Source of the DNA: Porphyridium purpureum | Taxonomy: Eukaryota | Direction of reading: 5' to 3' | Assembly: GCA_008690995.1 (NCBI GenBank) | Contig: VRMN01000002.1 | Location: 620,001 to 684,000 of the forward strand | DNA length: 64,000 nt | Shown: positions 1 through 10,221 of the stretch, piece by piece | Numbering within the stretch: the first letter of the stretch is position 1 | Layout of the letters: every line of letters starts with the position of its first letter | Translations under genes and position numbers: made by a program | Notes under the pieces: model-generated | Databases searched by the model: none | Told to the model about the DNA's origin: nothing | The model's input: only the letters and a program-made list of their open reading frames with translations

Positions 1-1080
1 GAGTTTCATGATATCCTTTCGGCGCCGGCTGTCGGTCGGAGGTGCAGATTTTAAGGCTTCGGTGCCGGCTTTGAAAAAGTTTTCGCTGAAGTTTGTATAG
101 TTCCACTTGCTGTTCGCGTCCACGTGCTCGCCAGCAGTCCATAGACGTGTAACATGCTCCTCGTCACCCGGCTTGCACGAGTCTACGTGCGAATTCCACT
201 TGCCCACCAGACGTAGCACGTCCTTGCCACTGCCGTCCTTGATGTGGCCAGTCACGTCATACCGTCCAGACTCAAACCAGCCACACTGGCTGAATTCAAG
301 ATCGACCTCGTAGTCTGACTTGTTGCTTGTAATGAACAATGAGCCGTAGTGATCTACGTAGGACGAACCAACAAACAAGTTACAAACAGAGGTGGTTGGG
401 AAGCGCCACGTGAGGACTTCGCCAGTGTCCAGAAAGACGATCTTCCGATGCCCTTTGTTGGAAATTTCCACCGAATTTCCATGAAACTTCGCGTTAACCT
501 GTACATCCTCGGTGAAAGTCCAGCCTTTCCCTTCACAGAAGGCCACACTCAACGGTGGTTCGTCACGAATATGTTCTCCAACGTATCGAAAGCCAAGATC
601 CTTATCTTCCAGTTCAAACGTTTCGCCAGGAACCGAATCAAAGGGCTTCAGCAAGCGCACACTGTGCGCATAACCTGAAACGATCGCTGCCGACGCGTAT
701 GCGTAGCGCATCACCGGATCCGTCTGCTCCGCGGCTGTGTTCATGACGTGAGAGAATTCCCACGTCTCGCACATGCGAGAAAGCGTGGTGGACGGCTCGA
801 AAATAAAAATCGGAAGCGACAGGGACACGCCTGCCTGGTTCATCTCCATCCCCACCATTGAAGCGTACTGCGCAAACGCGGACTTCTTGTACTCTTCCTC
901 GTTCACCTCTTTCCCCTCGTACACGAGATGGTGGGATTCTCCCGTGGCCTGCCCGGTGGCAAGGGCCTCGCGGACCTTCTCTACGGTCTTGGCATCGTCC
1001 TCCGCCGTCTGGGTTCCCTCAGCGGGCGCCTGCTCGTCCGCGCTGCCGCCGATGCCCAGCCACTGCGACCAGGTCGACAT
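1..1080 (-). CDS. Oxysterol-binding protein-related (ORP/Osh) lipid transfer protein, 3'-truncated by the window edge
   Basis: Hand translation from ATG at 1080 (absent from the ORF track because it runs off the edge): MSTWSQWLG...SLPIFIFEPSTTLSRMCE...KPFDSVPGETFE...GEHIRDEPPLS...KFHGNSVEI...NLFVGSSYVDHYG, colinear with the ORD domain. Confidence 0.9.
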   Translation of the reverse strand, partial: MSTWSQWLGIGGSADEQAPAEGTQTAEDDAKTVEKVREALATGQATGESHHLVYEGKEVNEEEYKKSAFAQYASMVGMEMNQAGVSLSLPIFIFEPSTTLSRMCETWEFSHVMNTAAEQTDPVMRYAYASAAIVSGYAHSVRLLKPFDSVPGETFELEDKDLGFRYVGEHIRDEPPLSVAFCEGKGWTFTEDVQVNAKFHGNSVEISNKGHRKIVFLDTGEVLTWRFPTTSVCNLFVGSSYVDHYGSLFITSNKSDYEVDLEFSQCGWFESGRYDVTGHIKDGSGKDVLRLVGKWNSHVDSCKPGDEEHVTRLWTAGEHVDANSKWNYTNFSENFFKAGTEALKSAPPTDSRRRKDIMKL

Positions 1081-1562
1081 TGTGCGTTTGCTGCTGAGCT
1101 GTGCGCGTAGCCAAAACGCCGCGGCAGACGGTGCGTGCTGCGCGTATCCCCAGCTCGAGCGCCCCTGTCTCGCCGCTCCTGCCGCGCCTGTGCTGCACCG
1201 CTGTTGCACCACGCACGCGTTACGCGCAGCATTCATATCAGAAACTGGCGCTTCTGCGCGATTCGGCTCCGCTCGCACCGCGCGCCGATTCAAATTCGCG
1301 TGAGAGCAAAGCATAGCTGTACACCACTGTACACCGTTTCTGTGCGGCACGTGACGCGTGCGGAGCGCCAAGTGGCCAGAGCGGAGGCGAGAGGGCCAGC
1401 GGATTGACCCACGGCGCGCGTGGCGTCGCACACAAGCGTTTCCGCGCTCATGCGCCTGGAGCGCACAAGCAACCGGGAGAACTGCGCGGGCCTGCTGTCT
1501 GTGCACCAAAGGAATTCCGCGGAGCAACTCTTGTGTGCCCTCGCGGCTCCGCGCGCATTGTC

Positions 1563-3605
1563 ATGGATGCGTCCAACCGGAGTCTTGCTTATGCCCGACT
1601 GCAGGGTATCGGTAAGGGCTCGACCGACTACTACGTGCGCACTCTGAGTGATGTCACGTTGGGGCGTCAGCGGAAGAAAAGAACACCCGAGCCGCCGGCG
1701 CCCGACGCAGCCTGTGAGAACGAGCCTGAGCTGGGCGTTCCGCCCGCGTCTGAAGACTTTTGCGAGTTGCGAGGGGCAAACAAATCGGTCTCGTCGAAGC
1801 ACGCTATGCTGTACTGGAGCGCCGAGCACAAGTGCTGGATGATCCAATGCATCGCCGAAAAGGGGTTCATGTGCGTGGACGGCTTGTTGCTCAGGAACGG
1901 CATGCACGCCGTTCCTCTGAAATCCAAAAGCTTTCTTGAAATCGGCGGGGACGGCTTTTTCTTTCTCACTGCTTCACCTCCCTTCATCTACACGGCAGAC
2001 ATTCCTGCATACGAAGCGAAGCACGGGAAGATGGATATTTGTACGCCGCAGGACAGGAAGCGCGCCGTCAACACGACGCCTAATAATGCATCTTTGGCGT
2101 CCGCTGAAGCGGGGAAAAGGAAAGGCATGAAACTGAGCGCGGCGGCCGCTCTCGCAAATTTATCTACTGCCACGGTGCCTGTCATTGAGCCAGACCCGGA
2201 ATGGACAAAGAAAGAAGTCGCTGAATTCATGCGCGTCCTGTTCATTCTAGGCCCTCCCTTTGTGAAAAAGAGCATTCCGCTCGACTTTGGCAAGAGCAAC
2301 GAGAGAGATTTTCGCAAAAGCAGACATCCAGATTCGGACGACGACGACGAACCATTAGACCACCATCGCGAGATTGCTGACTTTGCGCTTGACTGGAAGG
2401 ACTTTCGAAAATTGTCATACTTTGAACGCAAGTCGGACGAGCAGCTGGAGCTTTATTTCGATGATTTAATATCGGCCTGCCGGGCAGCCATGCGCACGGG
2501 CAAAACAAAACGCGATCAGCACGCAGAAGGATGCGGCTGCGTCATTTGCCAGATCATCCAGAAGCGCATTCTGTACTTGAAATCGCTCGATGGAGCGCAC
2601 GACGCCGCTGCTCGTCTTACGGGCTGGGACGACGAAAAACCCCATATTTCCATGACGATGATTCGCGCCCAAAAATTGCGAGTGCGATTGAGCCTCATTG
2701 AAGCAGCGTGCATGGTGGAGACAAATAAGGGCAAGCAAATCATGAGAAATATAGCTGAGGATATCCATCCTGCTTTGGAAGAAATGAGATTCGAAATGCC
2801 CACGTGGTGGGACCAGAATGTCCACGATGAGCAGATGATGCAAGGGGTCGCAAGGTACGGCGTAGGCGTGTGGGACAAAATCTGGGCCGACCTAGACTTT
2901 GACTTCCTTGATTCTGATGAGAAAATACCGAACACGGTCGCCATGAAGCGCTTTCGCGAAGTGGCCGGACTGTTTCTGAATGAGTTGGACAAGAGTGCTT
3001 CTACAAGCAAGCGTCGAGCAAGTCGACTGCGTGAGCGGATGCGCGCTGCTGGTGGCGTGGATGGGGCTCCGCGTAGGAGTGAAAGGTCTAAGCGTCTTGA
3101 CGCTGCTTCCAATCGCAAGCACTTTGATGATGACAGCGAGGAGAGCCTCTTGGGGATGTTTGACGCGGATGACTTGAGCGACGATGGCGGCTCATCGGGT
3201 GCTGAGAACAGCGGGGACGATGGGTTGATTGTATACGAAATCGATGAAGATGAACTGGAAGCCATGGAGGTACCGGATTCGAATCTCGGTGCAGATGGTT
3301 CGAGTCCGGGAATGAAATCGGACGTATTGGAAAGCCACACAGGGGCGGATCCTGCTGAGCGCATTCCCTCAGAGGCCTCTACAGATACCGCGCCTTCTGA
3401 GGATGAATGCATCCCCTATGATGTTGGTGCGACCAGAAAGACACCCAAGGGCCCTGTAGCTTCCGCGTCAAGAAAGAAGACTGCGAAATCGAACCGTCGC
3501 AAGTCGGGGCCGGCGGACTCAGCCGATATACGAGCTGAGGAACGAAGGGAAGGGACGAAAGTCACTAAGGGGACGAAGCGAAAGAGGAAAAGTGGCTCAA
3601 AGTGA
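1563..3605 (+). CDS. FHA-domain nuclear protein (Fhl1/plant FHA1/FOXK-type FHA) with a CHD-like SANT/SLIDE region and acidic/basic tail
   Basis: AYARLQG..YYV..VTLGR...VSSKHA...VDG...LEIGGDGFFFL is FHA-like. WTKKEVAEFMRVLFILG and PTWWDQNVHDEQMMQGVARYGVGVWDKIWAD resemble CHD SANT/SLIDE. C-terminal KRKRK NLS. First ATG is 1563; the ORF is open from 1404. Confidence 0.8.
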   Translation: MDASNRSLAYARLQGIGKGSTDYYVRTLSDVTLGRQRKKRTPEPPAPDAACENEPELGVPPASEDFCELRGANKSVSSKHAMLYWSAEHKCWMIQCIAEKGFMCVDGLLLRNGMHAVPLKSKSFLEIGGDGFFFLTASPPFIYTADIPAYEAKHGKMDICTPQDRKRAVNTTPNNASLASAEAGKRKGMKLSAAAALANLSTATVPVIEPDPEWTKKEVAEFMRVLFILGPPFVKKSIPLDFGKSNERDFRKSRHPDSDDDDEPLDHHREIADFALDWKDFRKLSYFERKSDEQLELYFDDLISACRAAMRTGKTKRDQHAEGCGCVICQIIQKRILYLKSLDGAHDAAARLTGWDDEKPHISMTMIRAQKLRVRLSLIEAACMVETNKGKQIMRNIAEDIHPALEEMRFEMPTWWDQNVHDEQMMQGVARYGVGVWDKIWADLDFDFLDSDEKIPNTVAMKRFREVAGLFLNELDKSASTSKRRASRLRERMRAAGGVDGAPRRSERSKRLDAASNRKHFDDDSEESLLGMFDADDLSDDGGSSGAENSGDDGLIVYEIDEDELEAMEVPDSNLGADGSSPGMKSDVLESHTGADPAERIPSEASTDTAPSEDECIPYDVGATRKTPKGPVASASRKKTAKSNRRKSGPADSADIRAEERREGTKVTKGTKRKRKSGSK

Positions 3606-3730
3606 GAGATCCATGATGGTGTAGACTCATAACAAGCGCTCTCGACTAGAGGCACTGATATTGGTCTATTTATCTTGGAAGACTTGCAGCTACTTCTTAG
3701 GTAAAGACAGGGTAGGAGGCGCATTCCGTG

Positions 3731-6700
3731 CTACCACTTTGCAAAAACGGATTTCAAGTCGCTCGTCGCTTGTCCGAGACTACTGAGCAGCTGTTCGCTT
3801 ATCTTAAACCATCCATTCTTCACCATCGATTCGGTCTCAGAGCACAACTTTTGAAGGCACTTTCTCTCATTTACACCAAGCTTGTCATCGAAATGGTGCA
3901 GTCTGAGCAGCCGGTTGCGGTACGCTACAATGGCATGCAAATGCAGCTCAGCATAAAATGGAAACTGATATCTCTGCGGAACGTGGCTCCGTCGCTCGAT
4001 CTCAAATACGCTGAGCTGCATATCGGCATTAAATGTGTGGAGAAAATTGCCCCCAAAAACGATGGAATCTTCTGGCGTGAATACTGCATGGATCCAGCCA
4101 GACGGAATTATCATAGTATTGCCAGCTTGGAGGCATACCTGATAGCAGGTATCGACCTCGTCCGCAAAAAATACCGAGTTCTGAGTCGGACTGTTCGCCC
4201 ACGTCTCGTACTTTGCCAAATTTTCTGGCGTGGGCCGAATGAAGTAGAAGATTTTCCTGCCCTTGAACAAATGGTACCACACGCTCGACCCTCCAAAATC
4301 AACGTGAAAGTCTGTAAAGGTGTCCCCAGCTGACATGAGAGAGTAAAGCTGAACTTTCGGATATTGAATGCGAGTGAACGGGTGGTCACGGTAGACGGAC
4401 AGATTGTTCAAAATCGCTTGCTTTGGCCAGCACCGCTCCACCCAACCAATTTCGTATACAAATTTCGGAGCCCTGATTTTCTCCGCAAGCGACGTGTGGC
4501 TTACTTCGAGAGATATAACATTCAGAACTTTTGTGCGCTTCCCCGGTGGTGAGTTAAAGTAGTCAATAAATTGCCCGAGTGTCCACTGGGGAAGTATTTC
4601 AGACTGCGTTTGAACATCAATGACATCGAGTCTTCGGCTGCGTCCCACTGCTTCTCCGATCATGTCCGCACTCACGGAGCCCGGCTCTGGCAAGAGCATG
4701 TCAAGACCTTCCACGTCTGGGATGACAATAGGCTCTTTCATCTCAGACGCTTCAGCAAACTCAACATTGAGCTCGTGCCCTCTTAGTCGCACGAATGGAT
4801 CGCTCGTGAATTCATACTTACTGAGCATGTTCCGGAAGGCGACGGTTCCTCGCAGAGGCAGCGAGTTCTTCTCCGAGTAGTGTCCATCGTTCAACGACAT
4901 GTAATCCACCCGGTTCTTTCTTCGCGCTCGAGGCAGGACATGGTTGAACTCATGAGACGGATCACAGCGATCGCAAATAAATCGTGCTTTCGGGTGAGTG
5001 GCGTCCTCCAGTGAAATATTGATGCACGCAGGATGAAACCAACGATTACAAGACTCACTTTCACAGCCTATCATTACGTCTTGTCCTTCAGGATGAGCCC
5101 CGCTGGTTCCCTGCTTGCACACACAATAATCTGAAGCCTTCATCGTTTCCATGATGGCTGCTCCCGCAGCAGAAGTTTCATGAAGATACGCAATGCGAGA
5201 GAATCCATCCCCATGCTCATGTGCGACAGCACTCAGATCCTTTTCAGACGAATTCTTGGAGTCAGGCTTGGGCTCCTGGGGTACAGAAGTCGCGTCTAGT
5301 GCCGTTTCGCTTAAATTTGAAATGGCACTCGAACGCGGGCCAGCAAGGTCGTCGGCCGCTTCATCATCCTGCACACTTTTATCAGCATGACGGCGAAAGT
5401 CACCTGCGTCTGATTTCGTCTCGGCTCCTAGTCCCACATCAGATTCATCTTCAGTCGTCCCTCTGGATCCTTTGCTCTTGCTGGCCGTGGCGGGCTTAAG
5501 AGTTGGGATGATAACACTGTATTCAGCGTTCGGATCGCACCACTGACAGAAAAAGACAGCACGCGGGTGCTTCGCCAGGCGAAGACTCACCGATATGCAT
5601 TCCGGGTGGAACCATTTATCACAACCTGTGGCCTCACAGCCGATCATGAACCGTTTCGCGTCGTAAGGACTTTCGCAAACACAATACGTCGCAGCCACTT
5701 CTCCTCGTCCACCGACCTGATGCTTATCATCAGACTTGTCACTGGATTTGGTAATTGCTGACATATTCGCAAACACCTCCTTTTGAGACAAACACTCAGC
5801 TTGCTTCACTTCTGCTTCTTCCCGACTCCTGTAGACCTGAAAGCGACCTGACGGATCACATGAATCGCACACAAAAACATGACCTCCGCTGGACTGCAGG
5901 TCGACACCCCCGAGTCCGATACACTTGGGATGAAACCACCGATCACAATTTTCGGCTTCGCATCCAATCATAAATCGATCGTTTCGCCAGGGCTTTTGGC
6001 ATACACAATACAGTGGCCGCGTGGCTTTCTTCGCTGCCAGGCCATGCTGCTGAACTTGCTTGCGTTTCTTGTCGCTTTCTGCGCCACTAGTGACAAGTGC
6101 GTCTTCTTTCCCTTTCGAAACGGTTTCAACAATTCGATACACGCCGTCGGAGTCACACTCGTTGCAGAAAAACTTCGTGCCACCGCTCGTGCGAGCCAGT
6201 GCCTTTAGATCCCCCATGATCGTAATACAGCCGGGATGAAACCAGCGACTGCAAGATTTCCCGTCACATCCGATCATAAACTCACTTCCCTTCCACGGCT
6301 GCTTGCAGACACAGTACACAGGTTCTGGATTTTGATTCATGTCCTGTTCGAAGTGATGCTTCTTCTTCCTGTCCTGCTGTTCACCATGATACATATCGAG
6401 GCTGTCCTTAGTGGGGGATACCCGCAGTTCGTCCGGTCCAGAGAATACCTCCTCTCCATCATGAATCAGATGCTGCGGCTGATCCTTTTGCCGAACAAAC
6501 GACCTGTATCGCTTCGCTTTCTCCCTTGAACGTACAGCATTTCGATCCTGCTCCACTTTCACGCTCATCGTAGGAACATCATTGAAGTTTTCCTTCACGA
6601 CCAAGGCATCCAAGAATGGCACATGCTCATCTTGAAGAGCATGGAATGGTTTCAACGGTATCGCCATTTCATACGGCATATTCGAGTCTAGACGGAATTT

Positions 6701-7132
6701 CCTTGACATCGGCTCCCTCGACTTGCCTTCAAATCCCATGTGCTGCTGCTCATTCTCGTACTCAGCGCTAGCAACAGCTTGTAGAATCGCCAGTGGACTT
6801 CTTTCCGAGGTCTCAGGTGCATCTTCATCTCCATCTGCGACCGACGCGACTTCTTTCGCTGTGTCTGAGCAGTCAACAGTCATCATTCCAGGCTCAGCTT
6901 TGGTCGAGACAGGATGCCGTGGTGATACAAATCCGTCTGTCTCGAAAACTGTTCGAAGAACTGACCCCACAACTTTATCTTGCTGCCTCACCTGCAGCGG
7001 CTGAGAGTACCCCTGGCCCGCCGCCTTCCTTCCACCAGCCAAATCCGGCCTAAACCCCGGTTCTCTTCGCAGGGCATCGTGTGCCAATGCGCTGCTTCCG
7101 GGGCCGCTTGAACGGGATGCGTCAGAGTTCAT
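3731..7132 (-). CDS. JmjC histone demethylase (KDM2/KDM7/Jhd1 family) with four PHD fingers
   Basis: Four YCxC...MIGC...WFHPxC...FxCxxC fingers. JmjC motifs: LNVISLEVS, PKVQLYSLMS, TDFHVDFGGSSVWYH, GRKIFY, IPSGWIHAVFTP, FGGNFLH. First ATG 7132. Confidence 0.93.
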   Translation of the reverse strand: MNSDASRSSGPGSSALAHDALRREPGFRPDLAGGRKAAGQGYSQPLQVRQQDKVVGSVLRTVFETDGFVSPRHPVSTKAEPGMMTVDCSDTAKEVASVADGDEDAPETSERSPLAILQAVASAEYENEQQHMGFEGKSREPMSRKFRLDSNMPYEMAIPLKPFHALQDEHVPFLDALVVKENFNDVPTMSVKVEQDRNAVRSREKAKRYRSFVRQKDQPQHLIHDGEEVFSGPDELRVSPTKDSLDMYHGEQQDRKKKHHFEQDMNQNPEPVYCVCKQPWKGSEFMIGCDGKSCSRWFHPGCITIMGDLKALARTSGGTKFFCNECDSDGVYRIVETVSKGKEDALVTSGAESDKKRKQVQQHGLAAKKATRPLYCVCQKPWRNDRFMIGCEAENCDRWFHPKCIGLGGVDLQSSGGHVFVCDSCDPSGRFQVYRSREEAEVKQAECLSQKEVFANMSAITKSSDKSDDKHQVGGRGEVAATYCVCESPYDAKRFMIGCEATGCDKWFHPECISVSLRLAKHPRAVFFCQWCDPNAEYSVIIPTLKPATASKSKGSRGTTEDESDVGLGAETKSDAGDFRRHADKSVQDDEAADDLAGPRSSAISNLSETALDATSVPQEPKPDSKNSSEKDLSAVAHEHGDGFSRIAYLHETSAAGAAIMETMKASDYCVCKQGTSGAHPEGQDVMIGCESESCNRWFHPACINISLEDATHPKARFICDRCDPSHEFNHVLPRARRKNRVDYMSLNDGHYSEKNSLPLRGTVAFRNMLSKYEFTSDPFVRLRGHELNVEFAEASEMKEPIVIPDVEGLDMLLPEPGSVSADMIGEAVGRSRRLDVIDVQTQSEILPQWTLGQFIDYFNSPPGKRTKVLNVISLEVSHTSLAEKIRAPKFVYEIGWVERCWPKQAILNNLSVYRDHPFTRIQYPKVQLYSLMSAGDTFTDFHVDFGGSSVWYHLFKGRKIFYFIRPTPENLAKYETWANSPTQNSVFFADEVDTCYQVCLQAGNTMIIPSGWIHAVFTPEDSIVFGGNFLHTFNADMQLSVFEIERRSHVPQRYQFPFYAELHLHAIVAYRNRLLRLHHFDDKLGVNERKCLQKLCSETESMVKNGWFKISEQLLSSLGQATSDLKSVFAKW

Positions 7133-7905
7133 ATGAGCCCTTTCTCGGATTGCGACGAAGAGTCCGCACACTTACCCTGCAATCACTTATATCAGTAGAG
7201 GAGAATGAGCCGGCAAAAATGTACAAGAAAGCATCGATTGAACGTCCAACGCCTTCCGCACCAGAAGACGAGAACGCGCAGAAAGAAAACAACAGACAAG
7301 AGAATGCGCGAGACGCTGTGTGGGGCCTGCCCACTGCGCAACGAGCGCAAGGTGCGCGCAGCAAGTATGCCGCGGTTGCTCCGCTGAGGAAAGACCGACC
7401 GCACGGCTGGTCAATGGAAGTCCCCTGGCGTCCACACCTGGGCCGAGCGCAGCACGCTGTCAACGCCGCACGCAGGGCACGTCGCTGGGGCGCTCGGCTG
7501 AGAAGCCGCGCGCGGCAGTCTGGCCACGAGACCGACCCTCGCACAAAGCCAAGCGATGCGCCAGCGATGCTAGTGATTGGCGTTCCCCGCAAGGCCCCAA
7601 TCGTTCCGCGCCGCGCCAGCCGAGTTTGCCGCGCCGTTCGCGCAAAATCTCTGAGGGGCGCAGCGCCATGAAGCCGCGCGGTTCCGGCTCCGAGCCGCGT
7701 TTGCTGTGGCAAAACGCGCTGGTTTTCATAGAAACGCACGCCATCGTGACCCGTGGCCATGCGGCGGTACAGTAGATGAGGTGGTGTACAGTCGGCACAG
7801 ACGAATTTATGAGTTTACTGGCGAGGCGCGGCTGGTCTGCGATGGCTCGGCCAGCGCGCATGCGCGCGTGCGCGCGTGCGCGACCCGCGGCTCTCGGTAC
7901 GTTCA

Positions 7906-9882
7906 CTACGCCAGTTTTGCGACAACGTGCTCCTTCACTCCGCCAGCGCTGCTTTCCGGCACGGACGGCGTCGCTTGCGCCTTCACAAGGCTCTCGGTGA
8001 GGGGCAGCTGGTTGTACAGGTCGAGCAGCATGTCTCGGCACGGGATCACCGCACCCAACTTCATACATATTAGATATGCCCCGCTCAGCCGCCGGTGCAA
8101 AGAATATGCCTCCTTCGGTGGCGGACACAGGCGATGGTCCATCAGAGTCTTTCCGAAGGAAGCCGTGCGCCCGGCCACGTTTTGTGCCCGAAAGTCGTAC
8201 AGCTTGGACCTGCTGCTAAACGGCTCTCCCACAACAAAGGCAGCCGCAACGTGAGCGTCGAGCATCGTCTTACCTTCCTCCCCTGTCAGGAAACCCAGCT
8301 CCCGGGAGTAGTGCAAGATACCGTCTCGATCCTGCTCGGCACATGCATAGACCATTCGGCAGTACAGATCCACAAACGCGCGTGGAAACTCGCGTGCCGC
8401 GCCAAAGTCGAGAAGCGTGAGTTTCTCCGACTCCTTGTCGTAGAAAAAGTTGCTGAAGTTCGGATCTGTCTGCATGAAATGAAATTCGAAAAGTTCTCGC
8501 ATCGTGAGCTTCAGCACGAGACTCCCGAGGTGATTCCGTAAATCCTGCGACTCGCCTGCGAACTGATCAATGGGCAAGCCTGGTGCGAATTCTGACGTCA
8601 AAACTCGATTACTGCACAGTTCTGTGATAATGTCTGGGACATGATACGGAAGTTGCCCAGCGAGCATCTTCTTGAATCGCACTTGATTCTCAGCCTCAAG
8701 CTTGTACTGGCACTCGAGATCGAGTTCCTCTTGAGCATACGCAACAATCTCGTCAATGTACGCACTCTTCGGCAGCACACCAGAGTAGGTCACCAGGCGC
8801 TTCAGATTGCCAAGGTCAGATTTTATGCTCCGCGCCACTCCGGGATACTGCACTTTGACAGCAACGTCCCGCCCGTCCTCCAACTTCGCCTTGTGGACCT
8901 GCCCAATGCTCGCTGCAGCAATTGGGGTGGTGTTAAACTCGACGAGGCGCTGCTTCCACTGTTCCCCCAGCTCAGCCGTCAGTACGCCTTCTAACTGGGA
9001 TCGGGGCATAAAATCTGCATTGTGACGTACGCGCTCGAGTGCCTTCACGAGCTCTGGTGAAAGCATGCGCTCGTCCTGAATGCTGAGCATTTGGCCCAGT
9101 TTCAGAGCCGCGCCGCGCATGCGACTCAACGAGCTTGCAATTTGCTCCGCTCCGGCATTCCCAATGTATGCGCGGAGGGGCGATTGCTCGAGCCTTTTCC
9201 CGCTAATGCGCGCTTGCGTTACTTCCTTTGCAGCACCGAACAAGAGCTTCGCACCCAGAGAGCCAAAACCAATCACCCGAGCTAGAGCAGATTCTGGTAC
9301 GGCTACTTCGCGAGGCTGTGGTCGCTGAGACATCGCTGCGCGGTGGTTTGAGTCTGAATTCACTGAAACACTTTGACTTTGTGCACCTTCTTGGTTCCTT
9401 GCGGAAGGTTCATGATTTAGCGGCACTGCTTCAGGGGATTTAAGGTCATGTGGAGGGTCTGTCGCTTCAACGCTCGACGGCTTTCCTGCACCCTCGCCCT
9501 GGAGGTTGATGCGGTCTCTCGATAAATATACGTCGGCACTTGGGAGTGAGTCAGACAATGTTATCTGTCGCACCGAAGTGCTGTCAAACGACATGCCTGG
9601 CCGTCGCAAGTCGTCAAGCGGAGCAGACGTCGGTCCTTGAGCGACATGGGAAGGCTCTTCTACGATTTCATGGACTCGCTTCTCCGCCCCTAGCGGAGGA
9701 CCTGCATGAGCCTCAGCGGCGGCAGCAAATGGCTCGCTCGCAGTTGCAGCCGTGTCTTGTCGTAAATCACCCGGAGGAACCGCGGGCACTGCGCGCATGA
9801 GCACACGCACATGTTCCCGCAACACCATCGCGGCGCCGCGCGCCACGAGGCCCAGGTCGTTCCATGCCACCAGCCGACTCAT
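7906..9882 (-). CDS. COQ8: ABC1/UbiB atypical kinase COQ8 (ADCK3/4), mitochondrial
   Basis: MRGAALKLGQMLSIQD (KxGQ), PIAAASIGQVH, VAVKVQYPGV, MQTDPNFSNF, LLDFGA, HRLCPPPKEAYSLHR. Confidence 0.95.
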   Translation of the reverse strand: MSRLVAWNDLGLVARGAAMVLREHVRVLMRAVPAVPPGDLRQDTAATASEPFAAAAEAHAGPPLGAEKRVHEIVEEPSHVAQGPTSAPLDDLRRPGMSFDSTSVRQITLSDSLPSADVYLSRDRINLQGEGAGKPSSVEATDPPHDLKSPEAVPLNHEPSARNQEGAQSQSVSVNSDSNHRAAMSQRPQPREVAVPESALARVIGFGSLGAKLLFGAAKEVTQARISGKRLEQSPLRAYIGNAGAEQIASSLSRMRGAALKLGQMLSIQDERMLSPELVKALERVRHNADFMPRSQLEGVLTAELGEQWKQRLVEFNTTPIAAASIGQVHKAKLEDGRDVAVKVQYPGVARSIKSDLGNLKRLVTYSGVLPKSAYIDEIVAYAQEELDLECQYKLEAENQVRFKKMLAGQLPYHVPDIITELCSNRVLTSEFAPGLPIDQFAGESQDLRNHLGSLVLKLTMRELFEFHFMQTDPNFSNFFYDKESEKLTLLDFGAAREFPRAFVDLYCRMVYACAEQDRDGILHYSRELGFLTGEEGKTMLDAHVAAAFVVGEPFSSRSKLYDFRAQNVAGRTASFGKTLMDHRLCPPPKEAYSLHRRLSGAYLICMKLGAVIPCRDMLLDLYNQLPLTESLVKAQATPSVPESSAGGVKEHVVAKLA

Positions 9883-10221
9883 GCTTCCGTTCGCCAGACA
9901 CGGCAGCTCACGTAGGACTGTGCGAGCGCCGAGTGCCCTTGACGCATGAACACCCTGCGCGTCGCTGTTTCAATCACGCTACCGGTCCACCAGCTCCTAG
10001 GCTCGCGCGAGGAGCAGACCGAGGCCCTGTGCCCCAGCCGCGACGACCTCCGCCATTTCTACCGCGCAATCGTAGCCTCCACCGCAAACTGCTTGGCGCA
10101 GCGGCTGTGTACAGTTACGCGACAATTTGCGCGCGTGCGGCACGCGAAACCCTAGGAAGGCCAAGCGGAGCGGAAATGACGTCGAGCCGCTGGTAGCGTT
10201 CGGCAGCGCTGCGTGGGCCCG

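Noticed and set aside
7165..7200. Minus-strand CTGAT...TTGCAG-G-GTAAGT upstream of the JmjC gene, resembling an acceptor followed almost directly by a donor (micro-exon or recursive site)
   Set aside because: I could not place a convincing upstream donor or downstream acceptor; it cannot be supported without transcripts.
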